Below, piece by piece: positions 1 through 14,072 of a stretch of DNA of 64,000 nt; positions within the stretch are counted from its first letter, which is position 1; every line of letters begins with the position of its first letter. The DNA is from Eledone cirrhosa (Eukaryota), in contig OZ024765.1 in NCBI GenBank assembly GCA_964016885.1, positions 22,444,001 through 22,508,000 of the forward strand. The letters run 5' to 3'. The notes under the pieces are model-generated. The model saw nothing but the letters and a program-made list of their open reading frames with translations. It was not told the origin of the DNA and searched no databases. The position numbers and the translations under genes are program-made.

Positions 1-6
1 TCTGTG

Positions 7-37
<31 letters not shown>

Positions 38-44
38 GTCTGTG

Positions 45-75
<31 letters not shown>

Positions 76-82
76 GTCTGTG

Positions 83-113
<31 letters not shown>

Positions 114-178
114 GTCTGTGTGTGTGTATATATATATATATATATACACATATATATGTGTTAGTGTGTGTATATATG
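1..178. repeat. Compound (TG)n/(TA)n low-complexity repeat
   Basis: Alternating tgtgtg/tatata blocks repeated with catatatgtc spacers. Confidence 0.9.
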
Positions 179-1200
179 ATTGTCATGAGAGAGAGGAGAG
201 GAGAGGAAGAGAGTCAACTGAAATCAATAAATAAATAAATGATGTTTGTTTTTGATGAAATGTCGCGAAAAGGTGAAATGATGGAAGGAGACGTGGGTGG
301 GGTGGGGGTAGTGGGGGGGAAGTCGTCATAGTGAAAGTAATAGGGGCGGAGGTGTAGAAGATAGTGAGGTGAGGGTGCAGGTAATGAGGTGGGGCTGGGG
401 GGAGGGTGAGGGTGCAGGTAATGAGGTGGGGCTGGGGGGAGGGTGAAGGTAGCGAGGGAGAGGTGTAGGGAAGATAGATTTACTACATACCCACCTCCCA
501 AGCAACTACCCTAAAAGGAAAGTAGAATTTGAAAAAGAATCTGGTCCCCCCCCCCCCTGCACTCTCCTCCCCACATACCTCTCCCTCCTACCCCAAACCC
601 TGCCTGCCCCTCCTAATTCCTTAACATTAAAACAAAAGCCAGTAAGAATTTCTTAGATAGAACTAATAAATAAACATTTGTCCCGATCCTGTCCCCCAAT
701 AGCCCCCAACTCCTCACCCAATCCCCCTTACTAACACCAACACTAACCCCCCCCCGCACTAACACTCCCCTCCCCCAACCCAACACCCCAACCGTGCTCC
801 TCTCACCCCCAACCATGCCCCCCTCATCCCCCAACCATGCCCCCCTCACCCCCAATCATACCCCCCTCACCCCCCAACCCCACACCAACACCCACCAGCT
901 GCCGCTACCCCCACCAGAAAATAACCGTAAAAAAACAACCACCACCAACAACAACAACACCCCACTCCCCCGCCCGAGATAGATCCAGAAATATCTTGTA
1001 GGGTCAAAGGAGAACTGCCACACCTCCCAACCTCCAACAGATTGGTCAGATAGAATCGAAGATGGCGTCTGATTAATTGAAGCAGATTGGTCAACGCTAA
1101 GATTAGTCTCTTATGATTAATTGGATGTGATCATAAAACTGTGAGTACCAAAGAAAGCATATGTTTGGCTGCTTAGCTGCCATGTATTTTGAGCAATATA

Positions 1201-1263
<63 letters not shown>

Positions 1264-1442
1264 GTGAATATATATATATATAGAGAGAGAGAGATTTTGA
1301 GTATATGTTGGTTGTATACCAACACCTCAGTATGCATATTGAAGCACTCGACGAAGTGCGCAGGTTGGTTTGGTTTCTCCGGAGTAATGTAAAATAAAGT
1401 AAGATAAATAAGTCAAATGTTTAAAATTTAGCTTCGTTTATT

Positions 1443-1497
1443 ACTGCTATATATATTTCGGTGACAGCCATCTTTGGCTGTGACCTCTTCAGGCAGT
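1443..1497 (-). ncRNA. Minimal type I hammerhead ribozyme
   Basis: Reverse complement of the motif at 1720-1774. Confidence 0.8.
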
Positions 1498-1719
1498 CCG
1501 AATTAGTGTGGTATAGACAAGTACATATGTTGTTGAGGTGTATAATATTGTCAATACTCTGATATACCCAGTTCCTGGTTGGGTTGTTATTTCACTGAGG
1601 AACTGGAATCATATGAATCATGTGAAATAACAACCCAACAAGGAACTGGGCATATCAGAGTATTGACAATATTATACACCTCAACAACATATGTACTTGT
1701 CTATACCATACTAATTCGG

Positions 1720-1774
1720 ACTGCCTGAAGAGGTCACAGCCAAAGATGGCTGTCACCGAAATATATATAGCAGT
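1720..1774 (+). ncRNA. Minimal type I hammerhead ribozyme
   Basis: actgc CTGAAGA ggtcacagcc-aaagat-ggctgtcacc GAAA TATATA TA gcagt: stem I, core, stem II, palindromic stem III. Confidence 0.85.
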
Positions 1775-1823
1775 AATAAACGAAGCTAAATTTTAAACAT
1801 TTGACTTATTTATTTTACTTTAT

Positions 1824-1875
<52 letters not shown>

Positions 1876-1949
1876 GTATATATATATATTAGAAAGTAAG
1901 GTTTTTTTACAAAATGAAAAATAACCGAGGTGTCCTACACGAGTGAAAG

Positions 1950-2090
1950 TATAAAGAAAAAAAGATGAAATCGAAAATGCAACTGGAGTCTTATGTTTAA
2001 AAAATATATAAAAGGAACCAAATAAATATATACATTTTTTAAAAAATAAGACTCCAGTTGCATTTTCGATTTCATCTTTTTTTCTTTATA
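1950..2090. repeat. 45-bp inverted repeat with ~50-bp spacer
   Basis: tataaagaaaaaaagatgaaatcgaaaatgcaactggagtcttat (1950-1994) and its reverse complement (2046-2090). Confidence 0.85.
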
Positions 2091-2097
2091 TATATTT

Positions 2098-2620
2098 CTG
2101 GGACGATCTGATAAATTCCGACCTTACACACTTACACCTCTCTAAGACAATGTCACTGGACCGAGATCTTTGGCGTTACGCAGTAATACAGAAGACCCGC
2201 CTTGCCTATGTACAAAGTGAAACCTACAGTCAGTAGGCACCTCTTAACCAAATATACACCCCAATCCACTACCCCTACCCTATCCTCCCACTCCCACCAA
2301 CACCACCCTCTCTCTGTAAAGTTGGTACCACAACATCCAGTCCATATAAATGAGATAATGAGATCGAGGTCGTGTAGGTGTCACGACAAAGAAACACACA
2401 GTCCACGCTGTAATGTGGCCGTGTAGGTAACACGGTAATAGGTTCCCAGTCTACACTGTACATGTGGTTGGTGTTAGGAAGGGCATCCAGCCGTAGAAAA
2501 CCTGCCAGACAGTCCTATATGAGCGAGACATGGTCACCCGACCAATCTTGCCTCAAGTGGGACAACTCCCGTCTAACCCATGCTAGCGTGGAAGATGGAC
2601 GTTAAACGAAGATGATGATG
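2098..2620 (+). mobile_element. RTE LINE 3' end (ORF2 C-terminus and 3' UTR)
   Basis: Encodes WDDLINSDLTHLHLSKTMSLDRDLWRYAVIQKTR; matches 58880-59390; (GAT)n tail. Confidence 0.85.
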
Positions 2621-2685
2621 ATATATATATATATATATATGAATATATATATGTATATGAATATATATATATATATATATGTATA

Positions 2686-2754
<69 letters not shown>

Positions 2755-2880
2755 ATATATGTATATGAATATATATATGTATGTATATGAATATATATAT
2801 ATATATATGTATATGAATATATATATATATATGAATATATATATAATATAAGATCAAAAGATGGTTAAAAGTGTTCCAAG

Positions 2881-2951
2881 TATTTTATTATGCGCATTTC
2901 AAAAACAAATATCATCATGGGATGATATCTGCGTTATCATCAGATAAAATA
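2881..2951 (-). ncRNA. Minimal type I hammerhead ribozyme
   Basis: Reverse complement of 3071-3141. Confidence 0.8.
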
Positions 2952-3070
2952 GGGATACATGATATGAAGGTTAAAAAACACTTGTGAATAGTGAAGTTTT
3001 AAATCAACATATGTTGATTTAAAACTGTACTATTCACAAGTGTTTTTTTAACCTTCATATCACGTATCCC

Positions 3071-3141
3071 TATTTTATCTGATGATAACGCAGATATCAT
3101 CCCATGATGATATTTGTTTTTGAAATGCGCATAATAAAATA
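3071..3141 (+). ncRNA. Minimal type I hammerhead ribozyme with long stem II
   Basis: tattttat CTGATGA taacgcagatatcatc-ccat-gatgatatttgttttt GAAA TGCGCA TA ataaaata. Confidence 0.85.
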
Positions 3142-3265
3142 CTTGGAACTCTTTTAACCATCTTTTGATCTTATATTATTTATACTCCAGTCCTATAAAC
3201 TGTAGAGTGCTTCTTATCTGATATTTGCATTTCTTTATTGTGCTACAATAAAACTCACCTCCTAC

Positions 3266-3388
<123 letters not shown>

Positions 3389-3450
3389 ATATATGTATAT
3401 ATATGTATATATAAATTACACAAATATCAAAGTTATGTTCAAATCATATA

Positions 3451-3500
3451 ATCGCTGACAATTGTTTCTTCCAAACTTTAGTCTGGAGTCATTGGAGCAT
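3451..3500 (-). ncRNA. Hammerhead-like motif with variant core
   Basis: Minus strand: atgct CCAATGA ctccagac-taaa-gtttggaa GAAA CAATTG TC agcgat; helices intact, core CCAAUGA instead of CUGANGA. Confidence 0.55.
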
Positions 3501-3959
3501 TATCGATGTTTGTACATATAATTAACCTCCTATTCAACTGAACAATCATACAGATACATATATATTGATGTTGTGAACAACAGTTTAGTATTTACAGAGT
3601 GTAATGGATGCGACATAGATTATACGAGAATTGTACAAAAATTCAAATTAAAAGCACAGCGTGGAATACATGCAACAGATAATACAATTGAAGAGGCATT
3701 GAGAAAGAATGAGGACACTAGCAGTACATATGCAAGCGTATAGAGAGTGCACATGCATTAGTCATATATATGAGAAGGAAACAAGCAAAGGTATTAGGCA
3801 TATATGATTTATATTACTGCTCCGTAAAATACCTGATGTTTTTACATTGAGCTATTTCTCTTACTGGTAATAATGTAGTAATTAATTACTGACCTTTCCT
3901 GTTTATAGTTGTTTATAGTATATACATAACTATAAATAGTATCCTTATTATTATATATA

Positions 3960-4128
<169 letters not shown>

Positions 4129-4147
4129 ATATATATATATATATATA

Positions 4148-5606
4148 GTAATAATAATACATTTGAAGACTAAAATCCAAAGAGGGCTCGATAAGGATAA
4201 ATATATATCAAATATATAAGAACCGTAGAGCAAATATTTATTAAAATAACAGATTAAAGTTTAAGCAAAGAATCGCTGCTTTCACCCTTAACGGGATCTT
4301 CTGAAACTAACAAAGTCAATCTGTAAACGCAGAAGTGGATATTTCAAAAAACGTTGCAACCGGAGGAAGAGAGGAAGACGATACTTTGGTTCGTGGAAAC
4401 GTTCGCTGGCAAAGAACGGGAAAAAACGAATAATACGTCATTAATAGGAGCGGTGATAAAATAAAGTACCAGTAATGCACTGGGTATTTGTAGGCCTTGT
4501 GCCTAAAGTAGAAACAATTAATAGGAGCGGTTAGTACGATCTATACGTGGATAATTTACGTCTTGATGTGGGAGCTAAGTATATGTTTTGTTTATTCCTT
4601 TACTTATTTGCATAGGTAAGTATATATTACCCGTATGTTTTGTGAAGGTACGTATACCTTCTCGTACGTATATTTGATTGTTATGGCGTATAATTTTATA
4701 TTCCTGGTACATAGGGTTTGGCTATGTGTATACGGGAGTTTTGCGTCTGTGTGAGTATGCAGGTTCGTACGTATGGTCGGTGTGTGTATATGTGTACTTC
4801 TTGTTTTAGTTGACTTACGTCTCCAAACATTCGTGTATTTATATGTAGGTATGTGTGTGCGCTTGTTATATACGTATTTATTTATTCTTATACGTTTATA
4901 TAATTATTTATTTATTTGTATACACGCATACACACATATTTATATGTGCGTGGTTTTGTACACCTATGGTAAGGTTTTGCGTATGCTTGTGTATGTACGT
5001 ATTTGTTTGCGTGTATGTATTTATTTATTTCTATTACTTCTGTATTGTATTTATTTACTTTGTTCTTAACTCTGAAGCGGAGAATCATTCGGTCTGCTAG
5101 TTAGAATTTTAGTCTACGACTTCTGCTATACCATTTACGTGGTTTTGTCTTTGCGTGCTATTGTTCTCCACGCTCCACATATGACTTATTATCTTCGTTT
5201 TTTCGTTCATTGCCAGAGAACGTCTCTATGCACCACCTAAGAGAACATTAGTCTACGACCTCTTTTATACCATAAACGTGGTTCTGTCTTTGCGCGTAAT
5301 TGTTTTTCACCGCTCCTATTAATTGTTTCTACTTTAGGCACAAGGCCAGCAATTACCCAGTGCATTACTGGTACTTTATTTTATCACCGCTCCTATTAAT
5401 GACGTATTATTCGTTTTTTCCCGTTCTTTGCCAGCGAACGTTTCCACGAACCAAAGTATCGTCTTCCTGTCTTCCTCCGGTTGCAACGTTTTTTGAAATA
5501 TCCAGTTCTGCGTTTACAGATTGACTTTGTTAGTTTCAGAAGATCCCGTTAAGGGTGAAAGCAGCGATTCTTTGCTTAAACTTTAATCTGTTATTTTAAT
5601 AAATAT
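4148..5606 (-). mobile_element. Penelope-like non-coding element, family C, ~300-bp inverted arms with ~780-bp spacer
   Basis: Arms 4234-4531 and 5309-5606; tail 4148-4233; single-arm copy at 15689-15905; only a degenerate CAGAAGA..GAAA motif. Confidence 0.6.
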
Positions 5607-5679
5607 CTATATATACATATATATATATATATATATACAATATTAAATAAATGGAAAACTATATTTATAAAACCATATT

Positions 5680-5745
5680 TATTTCATTATATATATTTCG
5701 GGGATATCATATTAACAATATGCTATGCCTTCATCAGACAAAATA
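5680..5745 (-). ncRNA. Minimal type I hammerhead in pLTR remnant (5640-5890)
   Basis: Minus: tattttgt CTGATGA aggcatagcatatt-gtt-aatatgatatcccc GAAA TATATA TA atgaaata. Confidence 0.75.
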
Positions 5746-5887
5746 CAATATAAACAGTTTTATAGATAAATATATTCGACATACCGTAATAGACATCAAC
5801 TTCATTTGAAGAGGTTTACTCTAGCAGAGGTTTTATATCAGTTATAAATATTTACTAGTTGTAACCCAACAATTTTAAATATAACTT

Positions 5888-5949
<62 letters not shown>

Positions 5950-5979
5950 TATATATATATATATATTGTATATATATAT

Positions 5980-6195
5980 GTATCCCAGTACAACCTGTCC
6001 CATGGTCGGGTCGTTGGCGACTAAACTGGCAACCCCACCAAGGTTTCTTGGTGAGGAGGGTGACTTTGGACATCCTGCAGGACTAAATACAAAACCTGTC
6101 AAAGGGCAAAGGAGCTCTTAAGAGTCAATGGCCATCCAAAATCACCGGGAGAGATGACCCCTTAGCCTTTGTCAAGGCAGAATTCTAGGAGAAGG
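5980..6195 (+). repeat. Interspersed repeat, possibly a LINE 5' UTR
   Basis: Near-identical to 8138-8350. Confidence 0.6.
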
Positions 6196-6198
6196 AAA

Positions 6199-6418
6199 AT
6201 ATGCTTCAGCTTGTACCCATGGGAGGTCGGGTATATGTATATATATATATATACATATGAATAAAGTGGTCCTTCATCAGTGATCTTCCAACCATCATCG
6301 GTATTTCTTCGCTTTAAAGACCATATACCTCCAGTTGGTGCGAGCAACGGCTAAAGAAAGTCGTTGGGACATGTAAATAAAGGGAACAGCGAGAGTGTAA
6401 ACAAACAAAGATGGTGAA

Positions 6419-6452
<34 letters not shown>

Positions 6453-6546
6453 CATTGGGAGCTGGACCAACCGTCGAACAGGACGTCACTGTGTGGTGCC
6501 AAAGGTCCCGTCTTCCACATCTAGAATAAGGAGCAGGTATTCCACA

Positions 6547-6617
<71 letters not shown>

Positions 6618-7087
6618 GCGGTGGGTTGGCAGTATCGGTAAATAGTCGGGCGCTATGCTTTGCAGCAAAGAGTTACGGCCCCTTTATGGTCTGAGTTCAA
6701 ATTCCGCTGAGGTTAACTTTGCCTTTCATCCTTACGGGGTCGATAAAATAAAGTACCAGTAATACACTGGGATAATTGCTGGCCTTGTGCCAAAAGTAGA
6801 AACAATTATTATTATATGTATATGTATAATATATATGTATATATGTATATATATATATATATATGGCTTCACCATCTTTGTTTGTTTACACTCTCGCTGT
6901 TCCCTTTATTTACATGTCCCAACGACTTTCTTTAGCCGTTGCTCGCACCAACTGGAGGTATATGGTCTTTAAAGCGAAGAAATACCGATGATGGTTGGAA
7001 GATCACTGATGAAGGACCACTTTATTCATATGTATATATATATATATACATATACCCGACCTCCCATGGGTACAAGCTGAAGCATAT
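6199..7087. repeat. ~225-bp inverted duplication (6199-6423 / 6863-7087)
   Basis: Arms are reverse complements, including an internal (TA)n; identical peptides on opposite strands in the ORF track. Confidence 0.9.
6616..6813 (+). mobile_element. tRNA-derived SINE, family 1
   Basis: A-box-like TGGCAGTATCGG, B-box GAGTTCAAATT, central gcctttcatccttacggggtcgataaa (resembles Nin/Deu-type domain), (ATT)n tail; copies at 42620, 45515. Confidence 0.85.
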
Positions 7088-7390
7088 AGACAATATGCCC
7101 CCACACCCCCCACCGCAAGGTGGTCGTGGAGGGGCCACGGCAAAAAAGCACCCAGCCCACACTGTAAAGTGGACGTGTAGGCGCCACGAAAAAGCACCCA
7201 GCACTCACTGTAAATGAGGTTGGTATTAGGAAGGGCATCCAGCTGTAGAAATCAAGCCAAATCAGTTCCTGTATGAGCAAGGCATGGTCAGCCGACCAGA
7301 CACTGCCCACAACAGGACAACCCGTCTAACCCATGCTAGCGTGGAAGAACGGACGTAAAACGGTGATGATGATGATGATGATGATGATGA
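7054..7390 (+). mobile_element. RTE 3' UTR / SINE-tail fragment
   Basis: Matches 62389-62665; (GAT)n tail. Confidence 0.8.
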
Positions 7391-7428
7391 TATATGTATA
7401 TGTGTATGTGTATATATATGTATATATA

Positions 7429-7850
7429 TAATAAAGAAGAAATTAAAAGATGGTTAAAAGAGTTCCATATATTTTGTTATGCGCATTTCGAATACAAAAT
7501 CATCCTGGGTCAAAAATTGTGTTCTCATCAGCTAAAATAAGGTAACATGATATGAGACATAATAGCACTTGTTTACAGGAAAGTGGTATATGTAGACTTA
7601 GCACTTTCCTGTAAACAAGTGCTATTATGTCTCATATCATGTTACCTTATTTTAGCTGATGAGAACACAATTGTTGACCCAGCATGATTTTGTATTCGAA
7701 ATGCGCATAACAAAATATATTGAACTCTTTTAACCATCTTTTAATTTCTTCTTTATTATATATATACTCCAGTTCCACCAACTGTTGAGTGCTACTTATC
7801 TGATATATACATAGTTTTATTGTTCTACAATATTACTCACCTTCTACATA
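7429..7850 (+). mobile_element. Penelope-like pLTR hairpin, family B variant, with two hammerheads (7470-7539 minus, 7648-7717 plus)
   Basis: tattttag CTGATGA gaacacaa...ttgtattc GAAA TGCGCA TA acaaaata; two stem I mismatches beside the core; arms ~7429-7586 / 7602-7758. Confidence 0.75.
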
Positions 7851-8028
7851 TGTATATATATATATATATGTATGTATATATATATGTATATATATATGTA
7901 TATGTATGTGTATATATATGTATATATATATATATGTATATATATATGTATATATATATATATATATGTGTGTGTATATGTGTGTGTGTGAGTATATGTG
8001 TGTGTGTGTATATATGTGTGTGTGTGTA

Positions 8029-8069
<41 letters not shown>

Positions 8070-8099
8070 ATGTATATATATGTGTGTATATATATGTAT

Positions 8100-8600
8100 G
8101 TTATGTCAGGTCACCAGTTGGTGCTACTGGAAACATGTATCCCAGTACAACCTGTCTCATGGTCGGGTCGCTGGCGACTAAACTGGCAACCCCACCAAGG
8201 TTTCTTGGTGAGGAGGGTGACTTTGGACATCTTGCAGGACTAAAAACAAAACCTGTCAAAGGGCAAAGGAGCTCTTAAGAGTCAATGGCCATCCAAACTC
8301 ACCGGGAGAGATGACCCTTAGCCTTTGTCAAGGCAGAATTCTAGGAGAGGAAAACTCTGATATAACACCTGCAACCCTGATGGTATCCAATGATGTTGAC
8401 TTGTTCTTCTTTTTGGTAAATATCATCTTGGTTAAGAGAGTGGGACTGGCTTTGTGCAGTGCCTTTGCTCACTATAAAAGCTTCACGGCACAGGCATTGC
8501 TTTATATCTGGAGATCTCTCTGCACTTGCCGTCACATGGTACCATGGGCCCAGCACTATGTGTCAGTAATTGTCACAGGTGTAGTGTTTGTACCAGAGTT
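8100..8600 (+). repeat. Longer copy of the 5980-6195 interspersed repeat
   Basis: Shared ~210 bp. Confidence 0.55.
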
Positions 8601-9015
8601 TTCAAGTCGCTGGCTGGACTAAAAAGTCACACTCGTTCAGCGCATCGGTGGGGGTTCTCCTACATGGATATAAAGTAGTGGCCGTACTCGAAAACGAGTT
8701 GGCAGCCACCATATATATGTATGTATACATATATGTATACATATATGTATGTATATATATACAAACAAACCGAACATTATAATAAATGTTTGGTAAACCC
8801 ATACGTACATATATATATGTGTGCATATATGTATATATATACATACTACTGTACGTCTGTATACATATATGTATGTACGTATACATACATACTTACATTT
8901 AAGTATCAGCCGTACTAAGAGTGAGAAATGAAATTTTGTTTCATTCTTTTCCATTTATATATGTATACATATATGTATACATATATGTATGTATATATCT
9001 TTGTATATACATATA

Positions 9016-9810
9016 CAGGGTGTGGACGATATTTGTTCGCAATTTTCAACTGCTAATTTGTGCAAAAATGTTTACTTCTGTTGTCACTCTTGTCTTCATA
9101 AAAACAGTGACTATATTTCCATTATTTATTTTCAGAATAATTGATTATGAATAATTTTGAACCTCCAAATTTGTGGAAGAGACACAGAGTTCTTCTTGGA
9201 ATCCGCGCCGGGAGGACAAATAAGTAAATTTCAGACCAGAAGATCAACCCCCAGAACAACAGATGGCTCGCTGTCTCATCCAAAGATGTGACCAGAGTCA
9301 TGCAGACAAAGTTTCCAGCGACAACATTGGTCTTAGGTGTCGTCAGCAGTCAAGGTGACGTCATGCCACCTCACTTCTTCCCTGAGGCCCTCAAGCTGAA
9401 CACCGATGGCTACATCCGCGTTCTGAGCGAGGTAGTAAAGCCCTGGATCGACCAGGTAGCTGCAGGTAGGCCGTACGTGTGGCAGCAAGACTCAGCGCAC
9501 TGCCATACCAGCCGAAAGACCCAAGCCTGGCTGTCAGAGAACTTCGTTGACCACACTTCACCTGACATCTGGCCTCCCAGCTCGCCTGACTGCAACCCCC
9601 TCGACTTCTTTGTGTGGGGCGCAGTGGAACGAGACACCAACAGATCTAGCTGCAATACGAAAGACGATCTGAAGGCCAGGATCACAAGTGCCTTTAGGGG
9701 CCTAAGTTGGGGGACAGTGAAGAAGGCCTGTAGCCGGTTCCGAGGCAGCCTTGAGGCTGTCATCAAAGCCAATGGCGGGTTTTTCGAGTGAGATCAAAAG
9801 AACAAGCACT
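9016..9810 (+). mobile_element. Tc1/mariner DD37D (maT) transposon, internally deleted, lacks 3' TIR
   Basis: 5' TIR CAGGGTGTGGACGATATTTGTTCGCAA after TA; WQQDSA...SPDCNPLD with 37 residues between the catalytic Ds. Confidence 0.9.
9147..9791 (+). pseudogene. DD37D transposase remnant
   Basis: ATG 9147 MNNFEPPNLWKRH..., stop at 9225, in-frame deletion of most of the DNA-binding domain and first D, C-terminal catalytic half open. Confidence 0.85.
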
Positions 9811-10805
9811 TTGGATCAAACGCCTAGGGCCACAAGTAAATAACCGATCCGAGAGAAGCGAAATGAGGTGGCTGGTTTAAATAAACAAACGAGTCAACAA
9901 CACACGCACACACACACAGTAGCATTCCACCATACGAATATACTACACTCCTAATACAGACGAACGAGGCAACAACACACGCACACACACACACACACAC
10001 ACAAGTGAGACAACAACACACGCACACACACACAAGTGAGACAACAACACACGCACACACACACAGTAGCATTCATCAAACAGGCAGAGACTACTACCAC
10101 CACCACACACCATTCAACACTGCTAATATAGAAACCAGCATGGGCAGATATTACAATGGATTCACAGCTAACGCCGCCCCACTCCCACAATTAAAAGAAC
10201 TATTTCGGCTGCCGACCTCTGCTTGACTGACCCCATTTTATGCCCGCACGCACTCTGCCGAATACCTCAGATATTCAAAACAACGAACAGCAGAGGTCAC
10301 GTATCGCTCCTATCCGACAGATACACCCCTCCCCCAGGAAAACTCCCCCAGTTGATGGATATGAATCCGAAATATAGGGACAATCAAATCTCTCCCAAGG
10401 TAACTCTCTCTCGTGTTATTTTTCTTATTTTTTACACTCTTTCCTACGTTCCTCTACACACTAAACATCTCATTCTACACCCCTTACATCTCTCTCTTCA
10501 CCACCGGATCTTGTTACCCGGAGAATTACCCATCTGCATTGTTGAGGCTTCCAAAACGGCTTCAAGAAAATATGTATATATATGCATATGTATATATATA
10601 TATGTATTTATGTATATGTATATATATATGTATATATATATATATGTATATATATATATGTATGTTTATATGTATGTATATATATATATATGTATACATA
10701 TAGGTATGTAGATATATAAGTATATGCATATATATGTATATATATATGTATATATATATATTTATATATATATATACACACACATACACACATATACATA
10801 TATAT

Positions 10806-10838
<33 letters not shown>

Positions 10839-10857
10839 CACACACACACATAAACAC

Positions 10858-11199
10858 ATCATCATCATCATTTCATTTCACGTCCGCTATTTCCCTGCTT
10901 GCAAGGGTGGGACGGGAACTGATTCTGGCTTGATTTCTACAGCTGGATGCCCTTCCTAACACCAACCTCATTTACAGTGAGTGCTGGGTGCTTTTTTTTG
11001 CTGTGGCACCTCCACGACCACTTTGCCGTGGAATGATATGGACCCCAGTCCCTATCATCTCATTTCTACAGCTGAGTAAACTGGAGCAATGTGAAATAAA
11101 GTATCTTGCTCAAGGAAACAGCACATCACCCGGTCTGAGAATTGAACTCACAATTTTTCGATTGCAAGGCCAATGCTCTAACCACTAAGCCATGTGCCT
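10858..11199 (-). mobile_element. tRNA-derived CORE-type SINE, family 2
   Basis: Reverse-complement copy of 20616-20945. Confidence 0.85.
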
Positions 11200-11292
11200 A
11201 CATATATACATATACAGATGATCGTAAAACAATAAAACAATGAACTCTCTACCTCACCTGACTTCTGTTTTTATTATTCAAACACACATGTA

Positions 11293-11328
<36 letters not shown>

Positions 11329-11416
11329 CAATCATAGATATATATATATACATATATATACATATATATATATATATACATACGTAGATATATATATATA
11401 TACATACACACACATA

Positions 11417-11450
<34 letters not shown>

Positions 11451-11454
11451 AATG

Positions 11455-11757
11455 TTGAGTATATGTTGGTTGTATACCAACACCTCAGAATGCAGGCTGG
11501 CGCACTCGACGAAGTGCGCAGGCTGGTTTGGTTACTCCGGAGTAATATAAAATAAAATAAAATAAATAAGTCAAATGTTTAAAATTTAGCTTCGTTTATT
11601 ACTGCTATATATATTTCGGTGACAGCCATCTTTGGCTGTGACCTCTTCAGGCAGTCCGAATTAGTATGGTAGAGACGAGTACATATGTTGTTGAGGTGTA
11701 TAACTTTGTCAATACTCTGATATACCCAGTTCCTGAGGAACTGGAATCATATATGAT
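11455..11757 (-). mobile_element. Family A pLTR single arm with hammerhead (11601-11655, minus)
   Basis: Highly similar to 1298-1615; hammerhead identical to 1443-1497. Confidence 0.8.
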
Positions 11758-11762
11758 TGTAC

Positions 11763-11862
11763 TTTTGTTAGAGGTGCCTACTGACTGTAGGTTTCACTTT
11801 GTACTTAGGTAAGGCGGGTCTTTTGTATTACTACTTAGCGCCAAAGATCTCGGTCCAGTGAC
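11763..11862 (-). mobile_element. RTE 3' fragment
   Basis: Reverse complement of ~2150-2250. Confidence 0.75.
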
Positions 11863-11877
11863 ATATATATGTATATA

Positions 11878-11942
<65 letters not shown>

Positions 11943-12439
11943 CAAACATAAATTATCGAGATTCGCATTTCGGTCCACGAAATAACGAAAAACAACCTCC
12001 GAGATGTGCGGCAAGTGCTCAATGATTCAGATGAACCAGAGCTATAACAAACGTTAAAGGCCAAACACACTGAGACGATGGTTAAACGATCATTCGCATA
12101 GCCAAAAAAAAAACGATCAAGTAATTCGGGTATTGAAAATTTACTCGGACCCCTGGAAGTTTGGTAAAATCCAGTATATGGGTTTCTGCGGCTCCTAAAT
12201 CAAGTACCGTCCGCTTACATAAATAATGTCAGGCTTCTGGTAAGATGATTGAACAAGGAAGCCACTTTCTCAACAGGTTTTAGTTCAATGTTAATACAAG
12301 GACTGACTATTGCTGACTCCACGTGGGGATCGGCAAGGGAGGCAGCCCCTATATCAGGCGAATGAATTCAGTTGTGTATATTTTTGCAAGAATGCAAAAA
12401 CATCACAAATCGGATAGAGTTCTCAACAGAAGGGTTACA

Positions 12440-12526
<87 letters not shown>

Positions 12527-12679
12527 GTTATATATATACACACAGTATAACAGTGAGAGGTGTCGGGTGGGTCTGAGGTTAGACAGACAATAAAGATGAG
12601 TAAATTATAGACTAGATAGAAACTTAAGTTTGTAATTGACTTTTATTCAGGGGGGGGGGCATAAACACATAGACACCCA

Positions 12680-14072
<1,393 letters not shown>

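Larger units (their letters stand above)
1298..1826 (-). mobile_element. Penelope-like pLTR remnant, family A, inverted-repeat form
   Basis: Arms ~1391-1595 and ~1622-1826 are reverse complements, each with a hammerhead and AATAAA; unpaired tail 1298-1390; second copy at 11455-11757. Confidence 0.75.

Noticed and set aside
1000-1146. Promoter or first exon (ATTGG x3, AAGATGGCG, GTGAGT donor)
   Set aside because: Short motifs only; the frame closes after four codons; unsupported without RNA data
8108-8195. HDV-like ribozyme in a putative LINE 5' UTR
   Set aside because: One helix (ggtcaccag/ctggcgact) seen, but the nested pseudoknot could not be assigned
11940-12440. Unique-looking block between TA tracts
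   Set aside because: No recognisable protein motif, terminal repeat or ribozyme; left unassigned
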